From Allosphingosinicella sp. (GTDB lineage Bacteria; Pseudomonadota; Alphaproteobacteria; Sphingomonadales; Sphingomonadaceae): DNA of 45,309 nucleotides. Positions 8,591-17,639 of this stretch are shown in pieces. Under the pieces are notes generated by a model. That model saw nothing but the letters and a program-made list of their open reading frames with translations, did not search any database and had not been told where the DNA came from. The stretch lies in the NCBI GenBank assembly GCA_035553755.1, contig DATMJS010000097.1, positions 1 through 45,309 on the forward strand, given 5' to 3'. Positions within the stretch are counted from its first letter, which is position 1. Each line of letters starts with the position of its first letter. The translations under genes and the position numbers were made by a program.

Positions 8591-10389
8591 CGGCCGCCCG
8601 CCCTGCAGACGATATAGCCGAACGGCTCGATCTCGACCCGATAGCTGCCGGGCGCGGTCGCGCGGGGCGCGCAGCTTCCATGCACCGGCTGCCAGGCCGC
8701 CGAACCATGATCGACCGTCACCTGCGCGGCGATTGGCGCGCTGCTCGTGTTGAACGCTACCAGCGTTTCGCCGCCGCCGACGGGGGCGCGGCGCGAGAGG
8801 GCGAACAGGCCGGGCGTGTCGCCATAGTTGCGCACCAGCTGGTCGCCGCTGCGAAGCGCCGGGTCTGCCGCCCTAATTGCCGCCATCTTCGAGATGGCGC
8901 GATAGAGCGGCGCCTGGCGGTCGAAATTGGCCTCTGCCGTGGTGGCGCCGCTTCCGATCAGTCTATTGTCGTTATAGACGGCGACGCGGCTCGCGAACAT
9001 GTCCTCGCGCGCGTCCTGGTCGCCGCCGTCGCCGGCAAAGCCCTGCTCATCGCCATAGTAGATGACCGGAATGCCGCGCGAGAAGAACATCATCGCGTGG
9101 CCGAGGATCACGCGCTTCAATATCTCGTCGTCGCCGGCATCGGGGTTCGCCTCGCGCACGAAGCGGGCGAAGCGGCCCATGTCGTGGTTGCCGAGGAAGG
9201 TGGGGAGCTGCTTCGCTGTCTGCTCTCCATCTGTATAGAGCGCGTCCATCTGGAAGAGCCGCGCCATTCGTTCGGTCGCCGTTCCCTTGGCGACGACATC
9301 CGTCACCGCCGACTGGAAGGCGAAGTCAAGCACGGTCGGATAGCCGTCGACGCGGGTGAAGCGGGCAAGGGAGCCCGGGTCCGGATCGAACACTTCACCG
9401 AAGACGTGGAAGTTCGGTATGCCTCGCGCTTTCGCCCTCTCGAGCATGGCGGGGACGAAGGTCTGCCAGAATTCAGGATTGACGTGACGCGCTGTATCGA
9501 TGCGGAAGCCGTCGATACCGAAATCGTCGATCCACTGGCCGAAAATTTCAATGAAGCCTTCGACTACGCGGGGATTTTCGGTGAACAGATCGTCAAGCCC
9601 GGCGAAGTCGCCCATGGTTGAGCTTTCGCCCCGAAAGATCGTGTCGCCGCGGTTGTGATAGTAGATCGGATCGTTCAGCCAGGCGGGGACTTTCACCTTC
9701 GCCTCGGCGGCGGCGACATATGGCGTGTACGCATAGTCGGGTCGCGTCAGCTTCGCGAAATTGCCTGGGCGCTGATGGGGCTTCGTAACCCCCTGAAAGC
9801 CCTCGTTGATGCGCGGGCCTTCCGGATCTCCTTTGGTCGAATAGGGATAGTCCGCCTCGCTCCGATAGGCGCAGTTATTTTGCGGGCACTCGCGATATTT
9901 GATCACGTCCGCCGTGTGGTTGGTGATGATGTCGAGATAGACCTTCATTCCCCGCTCATGCGCCGCGTCGACCAGCCGCTTCAAATCGGCGCGCGTTCCG
10001 AAATGGGGGTCCACGTCGGTAAAGTCGGTGATCCAGTAGCCGTGATAACCCGAGGACTCCTGGCCGGGCCGTCCCTGCACCGGCTTGTTCTTGTAGATCG
10101 GACCGAGCCAGATCGCGCTCGCGCCGAGCCCCTGAATATAGTCCAGCCGATCGGCCAGTCCTTTAAGATCCCCGCCATGGTAGAAGCCTTTATGCGCCGG
10201 GTCGAAGCCATGCTGCAGGCGCCCACCCTTCAAGCCGCCGGTGTCATTGGTGGAATCGCCATTTTCAAACCGGTCGGGAAGCACGAAATAGACGACTTCG
10301 TCCTGCGGCGGGCGCTGGCGGTAATCCTGGGCGGCGGCCGAAGCGGCGAGCGCAGCGGCAAGAAGCAGGGCGAAAAAGCAGACTTTCAT
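8587..10389 (-). CDS. Secreted GH13 alpha-amylase/cyclomaltodextrinase-like enzyme
   Basis: Signal peptide MKVCFFALLLAAALAASAAA; VYFVLPDRF, GYHGYWITDF, DIITNH, GFRIDTARH, FGEVF and FLGNHD. ATG 10389 overlaps the halogenase stop (ATGA). Confidence 0.93.
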   Translation of the reverse strand: MKVCFFALLLAAALAASAAAQDYRQRPPQDEVVYFVLPDRFENGDSTNDTGGLKGGRLQHGFDPAHKGFYHGGDLKGLADRLDYIQGLGASAIWLGPIYKNKPVQGRPGQESSGYHGYWITDFTDVDPHFGTRADLKRLVDAAHERGMKVYLDIITNHTADVIKYRECPQNNCAYRSEADYPYSTKGDPEGPRINEGFQGVTKPHQRPGNFAKLTRPDYAYTPYVAAAEAKVKVPAWLNDPIYYHNRGDTIFRGESSTMGDFAGLDDLFTENPRVVEGFIEIFGQWIDDFGIDGFRIDTARHVNPEFWQTFVPAMLERAKARGIPNFHVFGEVFDPDPGSLARFTRVDGYPTVLDFAFQSAVTDVVAKGTATERMARLFQMDALYTDGEQTAKQLPTFLGNHDMGRFARFVREANPDAGDDEILKRVILGHAMMFFSRGIPVIYYGDEQGFAGDGGDQDAREDMFASRVAVYNDNRLIGSGATTAEANFDRQAPLYRAISKMAAIRAADPALRSGDQLVRNYGDTPGLFALSRRAPVGGGETLVAFNTSSAPIAAQVTVDHGSAAWQPVHGSCAPRATAPGSYRVEIEPFGYIVCRAGGR

Positions 10390-11909
10390 GCGGGCACCTT
10401 TACGGGCTGGGCTGCGCAATATTGGCGGATGAAATCGTCGTGCGCGGGCAGCCGCGAGGCGGCGGCGCCGACGATCGTTTTGAGGTCAGCGAAAAACTGG
10501 CTGAGTTCCTCCCGGGTGAGCAGATCGGCCATCGGATGATAGGTGTTCGGTACGACATTTTGACCGGTGAGCACCTGGAACCAGCCGACCTCGACGAACA
10601 GTTCCTCCTGCTCGCGGAAGATTCGCCCCGTCGCTCGGAACAGGTCGATCTTATCGCGGAGCGTTTCCGGTACCTCCATCTCACGGCAACGTGTCCAGAA
10701 AGGCTCCTCGCGCTGGTTGGCGTGATAATGAAGAATGATGAAGTCGCGGATGCGCTCATAGTCGTAGATGATGCGGCGGTTGTAGGCGGCGATGTTCGAT
10801 TCCGCGAAGCCGCGGTCGGGGAAATGCGAAATGAGCTTGGCGATCCCGTTCTGGATGAGGTGGATGCTGGTCGATTCCAGGGGCTCCATGAAGCCCGACG
10901 AAAGGCCGAGCGCGACGACATTCTTGTTCCACCCTTTGCGCCGCATGCCGGTTTTGAACCGAAGCGTCCGGGGCTCGGCCAAAGCGGTGCCTTCAAGGTT
11001 GGCGAGCAGGATCGACGCCGCTTCGTCCTCGCTGATGAAGTCCGAGCAAAAAACATGGCCGTTGCCGGTGCGGTGCTGAAGCGGAATTCGCCACTGCCAG
11101 CCGGCGCGATGCGCCAGCGCCTGGGTATAGGGACGGGTGGGGCCTACATTGCGGGTCGGGACGGCAATAGCGCGGTCGCAGGGCAGCCAGTGCGTCCAGT
11201 CATCATAGCCGGTTTCCAGCGCGTCCTCGATCAGCAGGCCGCGAAAGCCCGAGCAGTCGATAAAGAGCTCGCCCGCGATGATTTCGCCGGATTCCACCGT
11301 AACCGATTCGATAAATCCGTCGCTGCCTCGTTGCGTCGCGCGCAGGATCTTGCCTTCGGTCCGCCTGACCCCTGCTTGTTCAGCGATGCTGCGCAAATAA
11401 CGGGCGTAAAGCCCCGCATCGAAGTGGAAGGCGTAAGATATCCCGTCCAGGGCGCTATTGGGCACACGGCCCATCCGCGCGAACTTGCCTTGCCGCGCGG
11501 CTATTTCATTCAGCGAATAATCCCACAGCCGGCCGGCGATGTCTTCACCGCGGCCGCGCAGCCAATATTGCCAAAATTCAAGCAGGTCGAGACTCTGTCC
11601 AATCGTGCCGAACGCGTGCATGTAGACGTCGCCGGGCTTGCCCCAGTCGCGAAATTCGATGCCAAGCTTGAAGCTGCCCTGAGTCGCGCGGACGAACTCG
11701 TCCTCATTGATGCCGACAAGGCCGTTGAACAGGCGGATCGCAGGGATCGTGGCCTCGCCGACGCCGACCGTGCCGATCTCGTCGCTCTCAACGAGGCGGA
11801 TGCTGAGCTGGTCCCCCATCGTTGCGGACAAGGCGGCGGCAGCCATCCATCCGGCCGTGCCGCCTCCCACGATGACGACATCGCGGACGCGGTTATCGCT
11901 CAACGCCAT
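10386..11909 (-). CDS. Tryptophan-halogenase-family flavin-dependent halogenase
   Basis: FAD motif GGGTAG, GVGEATIP, catalytic Lys in GSFKLGIEF, WQWRIP (WxWxIP) and FMEPLESTSI (catalytic Glu). Confidence 0.93.
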   Translation of the reverse strand: MALSDNRVRDVVIVGGGTAGWMAAAALSATMGDQLSIRLVESDEIGTVGVGEATIPAIRLFNGLVGINEDEFVRATQGSFKLGIEFRDWGKPGDVYMHAFGTIGQSLDLLEFWQYWLRGRGEDIAGRLWDYSLNEIAARQGKFARMGRVPNSALDGISYAFHFDAGLYARYLRSIAEQAGVRRTEGKILRATQRGSDGFIESVTVESGEIIAGELFIDCSGFRGLLIEDALETGYDDWTHWLPCDRAIAVPTRNVGPTRPYTQALAHRAGWQWRIPLQHRTGNGHVFCSDFISEDEAASILLANLEGTALAEPRTLRFKTGMRRKGWNKNVVALGLSSGFMEPLESTSIHLIQNGIAKLISHFPDRGFAESNIAAYNRRIIYDYERIRDFIILHYHANQREEPFWTRCREMEVPETLRDKIDLFRATGRIFREQEELFVEVGWFQVLTGQNVVPNTYHPMADLLTREELSQFFADLKTIVGAAASRLPAHDDFIRQYCAAQPVKVPA

Positions 11910-11953
11910 TGTCCTTCCAGTTCCCGTGTCATAATCAGGCCGCCCTTAGGCAA

Positions 11954-11984
11954 GACGGATGCGGCGGGAAACCGCATCCGCCCC
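11954..11984 (-). terminator. Stem-loop between TonB receptor and halogenase (attenuator or mRNA-stabilising hairpin)
   Basis: CGGATGCGG (11956-11964) pairs with CCGCATCCG (11972-11980); extendable by G-U pairs on the minus strand; no strong U tract. Confidence 0.55.
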
Positions 11985-11989
11985 CTTTG

Positions 11990-14734
11990 CTAGAACCTGT
12001 AGCTCACGCCGAGCATGTAGTTGCGGCCATAATTTTGGTAATCCCGCACCTGCCGGATGTCGTCGTTGTAATAGGTAACGAAAGGCTCGTTGGTCAGGTT
12101 GCTGCCCGTGAGCAGGATGCCCAGACCTTCGAGCGCGCCGCCCTGGAAGTTGTATCCGATTTGCGCATCGACAACGAATTCGGACCGCGCCATGATCCGG
12201 TCGCGCACAAGACTCAGGCCTGAAACTTCCGCCAGGAACTTGGAGCGATAACGGCCAGAGGCGCGCGCCTGGAAGCCGTATTTCTCAAAATATACCGTCC
12301 CGTTGGCCACCCAGCGCGAGAGACCGGGCATCTGGATTGGGTCGGCGCTACCTTCACGGACGCTGCTCTTGGTATAGGATGCGCTGCCGAGCACGCCGAA
12401 CCCGTCAAGCGTCGGCAAGAAGGTGCTGAACGGGAGCGATGCCGAACCTTCGAGACCGTGAATGCGACCGCCGCCGCCGTTCTGCCATTGGGACACAATG
12501 CCGAAGTTATAAACGGGGGTGACGTTGCCGGGCGTCGGTGTGCCGGTGAAGTCGTAGATCGAGTCCTGACGATAGATGTAGTTCTCGAGATATTTGTAGA
12601 ATGCGCCCAGGGCGACATAGGCTCCGCGCCCGAAATACTTTTCCACCGCGAGATCGACGGTTTCGGCCATCAACGGACGCAGCGCGGCGTTGCCGACGCT
12701 GCCCGACCAAGGTGAACGCGTGATGTCGGCGCCCGGCACGTTGTTCGCTGCGTTGAAGCTGTAGCCGACGCCGGGATTGAGTTGATCCATGCGTGCGCGG
12801 GCCAGCATTCGCGCCGCGCCGAAACGGATGAATGCCTCTGGAGCAAATTCCATCGAAAGGTTCATGCTCGGCAGGATCTCGGTATACGTATCGCCATCGC
12901 TGACAGGACTCGAGATCGTTCCCGATCCCGGGTTGGAGGCTGCAAAACCTTCGGCTGACTGGTCGGTATGGACGATCTGCACGCCCACATTGCCGCGTAC
13001 CGGGCCGCTATTGAAATTACTCTGGACGAAGCCGGTCAGCACCTGCTCATTGACGATGTAGCTGTTGGTCAGGCGACCTGGCGTCCACAGCGCCTCGCTC
13101 GTTAGCTTGTAGTTGCCTTCATTATAGTAGCGCCATGCATCGAAGGCGACCATTCCCGGGATGCCAATGAATTTGAGCGAGACGGGGTCGTACAGATAGT
13201 CCGAAGGCACCGCCGTATTCGCGGGATAATTTTTGTGGGTAAGCACAAAGCCTTCGTCCACCAGCTGCTTGCGGCGATCTGAATAATTGGCGCCGACAGT
13301 GACGCTTTCGACAGCGCCGTCGAATGCATGGGTCGCCTGCAGTCGAAGCGCCTGGAGGCGATCCTTGATCCGCGGTCGGTTGACGAAGCCGTCCTGGCAG
13401 TTCGGCACCGATCCGCCGCAGCTGTTCCACCCCTGCGGATCGGTAATCACGAATAGGCTCGGGTCGGCATAGTTGATGGTTGGGTCGAATTTGATCACAC
13501 CACCGTTGGCCGGCATTGTGAAACCGAGGCTGTCGGTTGCGCCAACCCCGCCGCCGCGACCGGTGCCCAGATAGATTTCAAGATTTTCCTCAACCTTCTT
13601 GAGCTTCGAATAGCTGAGGTCGAGCTCCAGGGTCAGCGCGTCGGTAGGCTTATATTGTGAGTTCCAGCCGCCCGAGAAAATTTCGGAATCGCGGTTGACG
13701 ATGTCGTTGCGCATCACCGCCTCGACGCCGTTGTAGCGGCCCGAGGTAACCAGCCCATTCGCTTCGGTATATCCGGGCTGCAACTGCGCCGCAGACCAGA
13801 ATAGCGGGAGTTCTATTCCGCGCAGGCGCTGCTCGTCGTTGAACTTCGACCAGTAGCCGTCCAGCGTGGTGTGGAAGCGTTCGCTCGGCTCAAACTCGAC
13901 CACGCCCATCAAACCGTCGCGCTTGAGCTCGTTGGATTTCACATAGGGCTTGGCGCCCCCGATCACGAGCGTGTCGGAATCGACATTGGGATAGCCCCAG
14001 GCGTTCCAGCGCTCTTCCGCCGTCGGCGACTGCATGCGGGCATAGCCGATGGCCCAGCCGAGCGTGCCGTCGGCATTCTGATCCACATAGGAAATGTTGG
14101 CGCGATAGCCTTTGTCCGAAATGTCCGGGTTGAGCTTGCCGAGATCGTTGAGCTCGCCGCGCAGGCCAACGGCGATTGTCCGCCTCCCATGAGCCAGCGG
14201 GCGGATCGTCCGCATGTCGATGGTGCCGCCAAGCGCCTGACCGATCAGCATGGCGTCGGGAGTTTTGTACACGATCGCGCCGTTGAGCAATTCGGAGGGA
14301 TACTGATCGAGCTCGACACCGCGGTTGTTGTTGGCGCTCACCTGTTCGCGGCCGTTGAGCAGCGTGGTGGTGAAGTCCGGAGCCAGACCGCGGATCGAAA
14401 CAACATTGGCGCGGCCATCGAGGCGCTGCGTGGCGAGGCCAGGGAGCCGCGACAGCGATTCAGCGATCGACATGTCGGGCAGCTTCCCGATTTCCTCGGC
14501 GGTGATGACTTCGACGATCGAGGTGTTTTCGCGCTTCTGGGCGACCGAGCTGTCGATCGAGCCCCGAATGCCGGTGACGATGATCTCATCCGGAACGGGG
14601 GGATCGGTCTCGTCAGCGGTCGGGCCCGTGCTCTGAGCCAAAGCGGGTGAGGCCCCGACAGCAAGAGTCAGAGCGCTGGCGGCCGTGGCTAAGAAGGCGG
14701 CACGGCGGACGCGCGAAGCGGCGGCGAATTTCAT
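11990..14734 (-). CDS. malA: TonB-dependent maltose/maltodextrin receptor (MalA-like)
   Basis: Signal peptide, TonB-box region EIIVTGIR, plug motif IGKLPDMSIAESLSRLPG, C-terminal aromatic YRF; sits in a GH13/GH97/LacI cluster. The gene symbol rests on context. Confidence 0.88.
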   Translation of the reverse strand: MKFAAASRVRRAAFLATAASALTLAVGASPALAQSTGPTADETDPPVPDEIIVTGIRGSIDSSVAQKRENTSIVEVITAEEIGKLPDMSIAESLSRLPGLATQRLDGRANVVSIRGLAPDFTTTLLNGREQVSANNNRGVELDQYPSELLNGAIVYKTPDAMLIGQALGGTIDMRTIRPLAHGRRTIAVGLRGELNDLGKLNPDISDKGYRANISYVDQNADGTLGWAIGYARMQSPTAEERWNAWGYPNVDSDTLVIGGAKPYVKSNELKRDGLMGVVEFEPSERFHTTLDGYWSKFNDEQRLRGIELPLFWSAAQLQPGYTEANGLVTSGRYNGVEAVMRNDIVNRDSEIFSGGWNSQYKPTDALTLELDLSYSKLKKVEENLEIYLGTGRGGGVGATDSLGFTMPANGGVIKFDPTINYADPSLFVITDPQGWNSCGGSVPNCQDGFVNRPRIKDRLQALRLQATHAFDGAVESVTVGANYSDRRKQLVDEGFVLTHKNYPANTAVPSDYLYDPVSLKFIGIPGMVAFDAWRYYNEGNYKLTSEALWTPGRLTNSYIVNEQVLTGFVQSNFNSGPVRGNVGVQIVHTDQSAEGFAASNPGSGTISSPVSDGDTYTEILPSMNLSMEFAPEAFIRFGAARMLARARMDQLNPGVGYSFNAANNVPGADITRSPWSGSVGNAALRPLMAETVDLAVEKYFGRGAYVALGAFYKYLENYIYRQDSIYDFTGTPTPGNVTPVYNFGIVSQWQNGGGGRIHGLEGSASLPFSTFLPTLDGFGVLGSASYTKSSVREGSADPIQMPGLSRWVANGTVYFEKYGFQARASGRYRSKFLAEVSGLSLVRDRIMARSEFVVDAQIGYNFQGGALEGLGILLTGSNLTNEPFVTYYNDDIRQVRDYQNYGRNYMLGVSYRF

Positions 14735-14868
14735 GCAGATGTCCTCCCCTATATTCCCTGTTTTGTTGGCTCCGCTTCTTTAGGCGGATGCAGCTGCGCG
14801 ACAGGGATGCAGTCCGGTTAAATCTAACCCATGTGTGCCCCGCCGAAGCTTCGGGCGACAATCAATCG

Positions 14869-14880
14869 GCATACGTATTC
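14869..14880. promoter_or_regulatory. LacI-type operator GCATACGTATTC (candidate MalI/MalR site) in the divergent malA-malI region
   Basis: Near-perfect palindrome with central CG; a matching motif recurs at 16021-16036. Confidence 0.7.
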
Positions 14881-14988
14881 ACCCGCTATGCACGATGCTG
14901 TCGCATTTTAGTCACAGCCCTCGGACCTGTTGGCCTAGGCGATTGCCATTGGCCGGGGCAGCGCTAGGGTCGTCTCCGAGAGGGCGGG

Positions 14989-16020
14989 ATGAACCTGAAC
15001 CGCAAGGCAACATCGTTCGATATCGCGCAGCTGGCGGGTGTGTCGCAGCCGACGGTCAGCCGCGCGTTGCGCGGCAGCACCGCCGTCAGCGAAGAAACGC
15101 GCAAGCGCGTCGAAGCAATTGCGCGCCATCTGAACTATAAAGTGGACAAGAATGCCTCCAATCTCCGGAGCAAGCACAGCAATACGCTGGCGCTGCTTTT
15201 TTTCGAGGAGCAGGGTGACGAAGACGGAGGGCATATCAACCCTTTCTTCCTGTCCATCCTGGAATCGATCACGCGGACCTGCGCTCGCCGCGGGTACGAC
15301 CTGCTGATCTCGTTCCAGCAGCTTTCGGACGACTGGCACACCGATTATGAGGACAGCCGCAAGGCGGATGGGCTCATCCTGCTGGGCTATGGCGACTACG
15401 AGCTTTACCGGGCGCGGCTGGAGCAGTTGGTGGCGCAAGGAACGCGCTTCGTCCTGTGGGGCGCGAGCCGCGCAGGCCAGCCGGGGGTCACCGTCGGCTG
15501 CGACAATGTTCAAGGGGGCTATGACGCTGCGGCGCATCTGGCAGCGCAGGGCCGCCGTCGCATCGCCTTCATCGGCAACGCCACCAGCCGCTATCCGGAA
15601 TTCTTTGCCCGCTTCCGCGGCTATGTGGGGGCCCTTGCCGCGCATGGGCTGGAGCGTGACGAGGCTTTGGAGCTCGATGCCACCAATTCCGATTCAGACG
15701 GCGCCGCGGCGGTGCGCCGCCTGATCGCCGAAGGAACGGGCTTCGATGCGATCCTTGCCGCCAGCGATACGGTCGCGGTCGGCGCGATGCGCGCGCTAAA
15801 GGCGGCGGGGATGAGCGTCCCCGGGGATGTGGCGGTGGTGGGATTTGACGATATCCCCGCGGCCCGGCTAGCCAATCCGCCGCTTTCCAGCGTGGTCCAG
15901 GATGCGGCTTTGGCCGGTCAGCACCTCGTCGACAGCCTCATTGCGCAGGTGGAGGGGCGCGAGGCCGAGGACGTGCTGCTTCCCGCCCGGCTGGTCGTGC
16001 GGGAAAGCTCCGGCGGCTGA
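14989..16020 (+). CDS. malI: LacI-family transcriptional regulator of the maltose locus
   Basis: HTH ATSFDIAQLAGVSQPTVSRAL, hinge YKVDKNASNLR and VPGDVAVVGFDD; divergent from the TonB receptor. Confidence 0.92.
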   Translation: MNLNRKATSFDIAQLAGVSQPTVSRALRGSTAVSEETRKRVEAIARHLNYKVDKNASNLRSKHSNTLALLFFEEQGDEDGGHINPFFLSILESITRTCARRGYDLLISFQQLSDDWHTDYEDSRKADGLILLGYGDYELYRARLEQLVAQGTRFVLWGASRAGQPGVTVGCDNVQGGYDAAAHLAAQGRRRIAFIGNATSRYPEFFARFRGYVGALAAHGLERDEALELDATNSDSDGAAAVRRLIAEGTGFDAILAASDTVAVGAMRALKAAGMSVPGDVAVVGFDDIPAARLANPPLSSVVQDAALAGQHLVDSLIAQVEGREAEDVLLPARLVVRESSGG

Positions 16021-16036
16021 ACGCATACGAATGCGT
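16021..16036. promoter_or_regulatory. Second LacI-type operator ACGCATACGAATGCGT upstream of the MFS-MFS-amylase unit
   Basis: 16-bp palindrome with one mismatch; shares GCATACG.AT.C with the 14869 site. Confidence 0.7.
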
Positions 16037-16107
16037 GCTTTCCAAGCCGCACGGGCTACGCCACAACCGCGCCAAGGCCGGTAGACGGGCCATCGGGGAG
16101 GGGTGCG

Positions 16108-17610
16108 ATGAAGAAGCCGCTTCTGGGGTTTGCCGGCCTCTGGAACATTTCGTTCGGCTTCTTCGGCATACAGATCGGCTTCGCGCTTCAGAATGCGAAT
16201 ATGAGCCGCATCTTCCAGTCGCTCGGCACGGAGATAGACAACCTGCCCGCTTTGTGGATTGCCGCGCCCCTCACCGGGTTACTCGTCCAGCCGGTTATCG
16301 GCCATATGAGCGACCGCACCTGGCTGGGACGGCTCGGCCGGCGGCGGCCCTATTTCCTCCTCGGCGCGATCTTGGCCGCTCTCTCGCTGTTCGTCATGCC
16401 GCTCGCGCCGGCGCTGTTGTTCGCAGCCATAATGCTGTGGGTGCTCGATGCCTCGCTCAACATCTCGATGGAGCCGTTCCGCGCTTTCGTCGGCGACATG
16501 CTGCGCAAGGAGCAGCACAGCGCGGGCTACGCGGTGCAGACGGCTTTCATCGGCGCTGGCGCGGTGGTCGGGTCGATTTTCCCTTGGGCGCTCGAACAAT
16601 GGGGAGTTTCCAACGAGGCGCCCGTGGGAAGCATACCGGACACCGTGCGCTACGCCTTCTGGTTCGGCGGCTCGGCACTGTTCCTTTCGGTGCTGTGGAC
16701 CGTGCTGGCGACGCGCGAATACAGCCCGGAGCAGATGGCCGAGTTCGAGGGCGTCCGGGCCGACGAGCAGGATCAAACCATCCGCGCGCTTGCCGCGCGC
16801 AGCTTCACCTCCAGTGCCATATGGATTGCCGCGGGCGCGGCAGTGCTATTGGCGGTGCGCCAGTTCGACCTTGAGAAGGAGGTCTATCTCTTAGGCGGTC
16901 TCCTGATCGCCTACGGCCTTGCCAGCCTCGCAGCCATCCGGGGCGCGCGGGGCGGCAATAGCCCTAGCATGTTCGGCCATATCGTCGGCGATTTCTCGGG
17001 CATGCCCGAGTTGATGAAGCGGCTCGCGCTCGCGCAGTTCTTCAGCTGGTCGGCGCTGTTCATCATGTGGATCAATACCACGCCCGTCGTAGCGCAATAT
17101 TTCTACGGCGCCCCCGACGCCGCCGATCCGCTCTACCAGGAAGGCGCCAACTGGGTCGGCGTCCTCTTCACCGTCTATAACGGCGTAGCTGTGATCGCGG
17201 CGCTGATCCTGCTGCCTTTCCTGGCCCGCCGGCTGGGCCGCGTGCGCACCCACGTTATTGCTCTCCTCTGCGGCGCAGCGGGCTATCTAAGCTTTTTCTT
17301 CTTTAGGGATCCTCAGATGCTGCTGGTGAGCGAGATCGGCATCGGAATCGCTTGGGCCTCGATCCTCGCCATGCCCTATGCGATCCTCGCTTCCAGCCTG
17401 CCGCAGCGCAAGCTCGGCGTTTACATGGGCCTGTTCAACGTCTTCGTCGTCATGCCGCAGCTGCTGGTCGCGACCGTCATGGGGTCGATCATGAAGCGCT
17501 GGTTCCCGGACGATCCGATCTGGACGATGGCCTTCGCGGCCGGAGTGATGCTGCTTGCGGCGCTGGCGATGCTGCGCGTCGAGGAGCCTGCAGCAAAGGA
17601 AGAGGCTTAG
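16108..17610 (+). CDS. MFS maltose/maltodextrin permease (GPH/sucrose-transporter-like, MalY-like)
   Basis: LWNISFGFFGIQIGFALQNANMSRIFQSLG, SDRTW.GRLGRRRPYF and GVYMGLFNVFVVMPQ; many hydrophobic segments. Confidence 0.92.
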   Translation: MKKPLLGFAGLWNISFGFFGIQIGFALQNANMSRIFQSLGTEIDNLPALWIAAPLTGLLVQPVIGHMSDRTWLGRLGRRRPYFLLGAILAALSLFVMPLAPALLFAAIMLWVLDASLNISMEPFRAFVGDMLRKEQHSAGYAVQTAFIGAGAVVGSIFPWALEQWGVSNEAPVGSIPDTVRYAFWFGGSALFLSVLWTVLATREYSPEQMAEFEGVRADEQDQTIRALAARSFTSSAIWIAAGAAVLLAVRQFDLEKEVYLLGGLLIAYGLASLAAIRGARGGNSPSMFGHIVGDFSGMPELMKRLALAQFFSWSALFIMWINTTPVVAQYFYGAPDAADPLYQEGANWVGVLFTVYNGVAVIAALILLPFLARRLGRVRTHVIALLCGAAGYLSFFFFRDPQMLLVSEIGIGIAWASILAMPYAILASSLPQRKLGVYMGLFNVFVVMPQLLVATVMGSIMKRWFPDDPIWTMAFAAGVMLLAALAMLRVEEPAAKEEA

Positions 17611-17639
17611 TGACGAGCACATCCCGAGGAGACATGTAA

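Noticed and set aside
5635-14650. Long plus-strand ORFs (452, 556, 359, 294, 523 and 259 aa)
   Set aside because: Antisense shadows of GC-rich mal operon genes with no recognisable motifs.
14755-14857. Hairpins in the malA leader (TCCCTGT/ACAGGGA; CCGAAGCTTCGG) as a riboswitch
   Set aside because: No cobalamin, TPP or other riboswitch consensus recognised; LacI control already explains the regulation.
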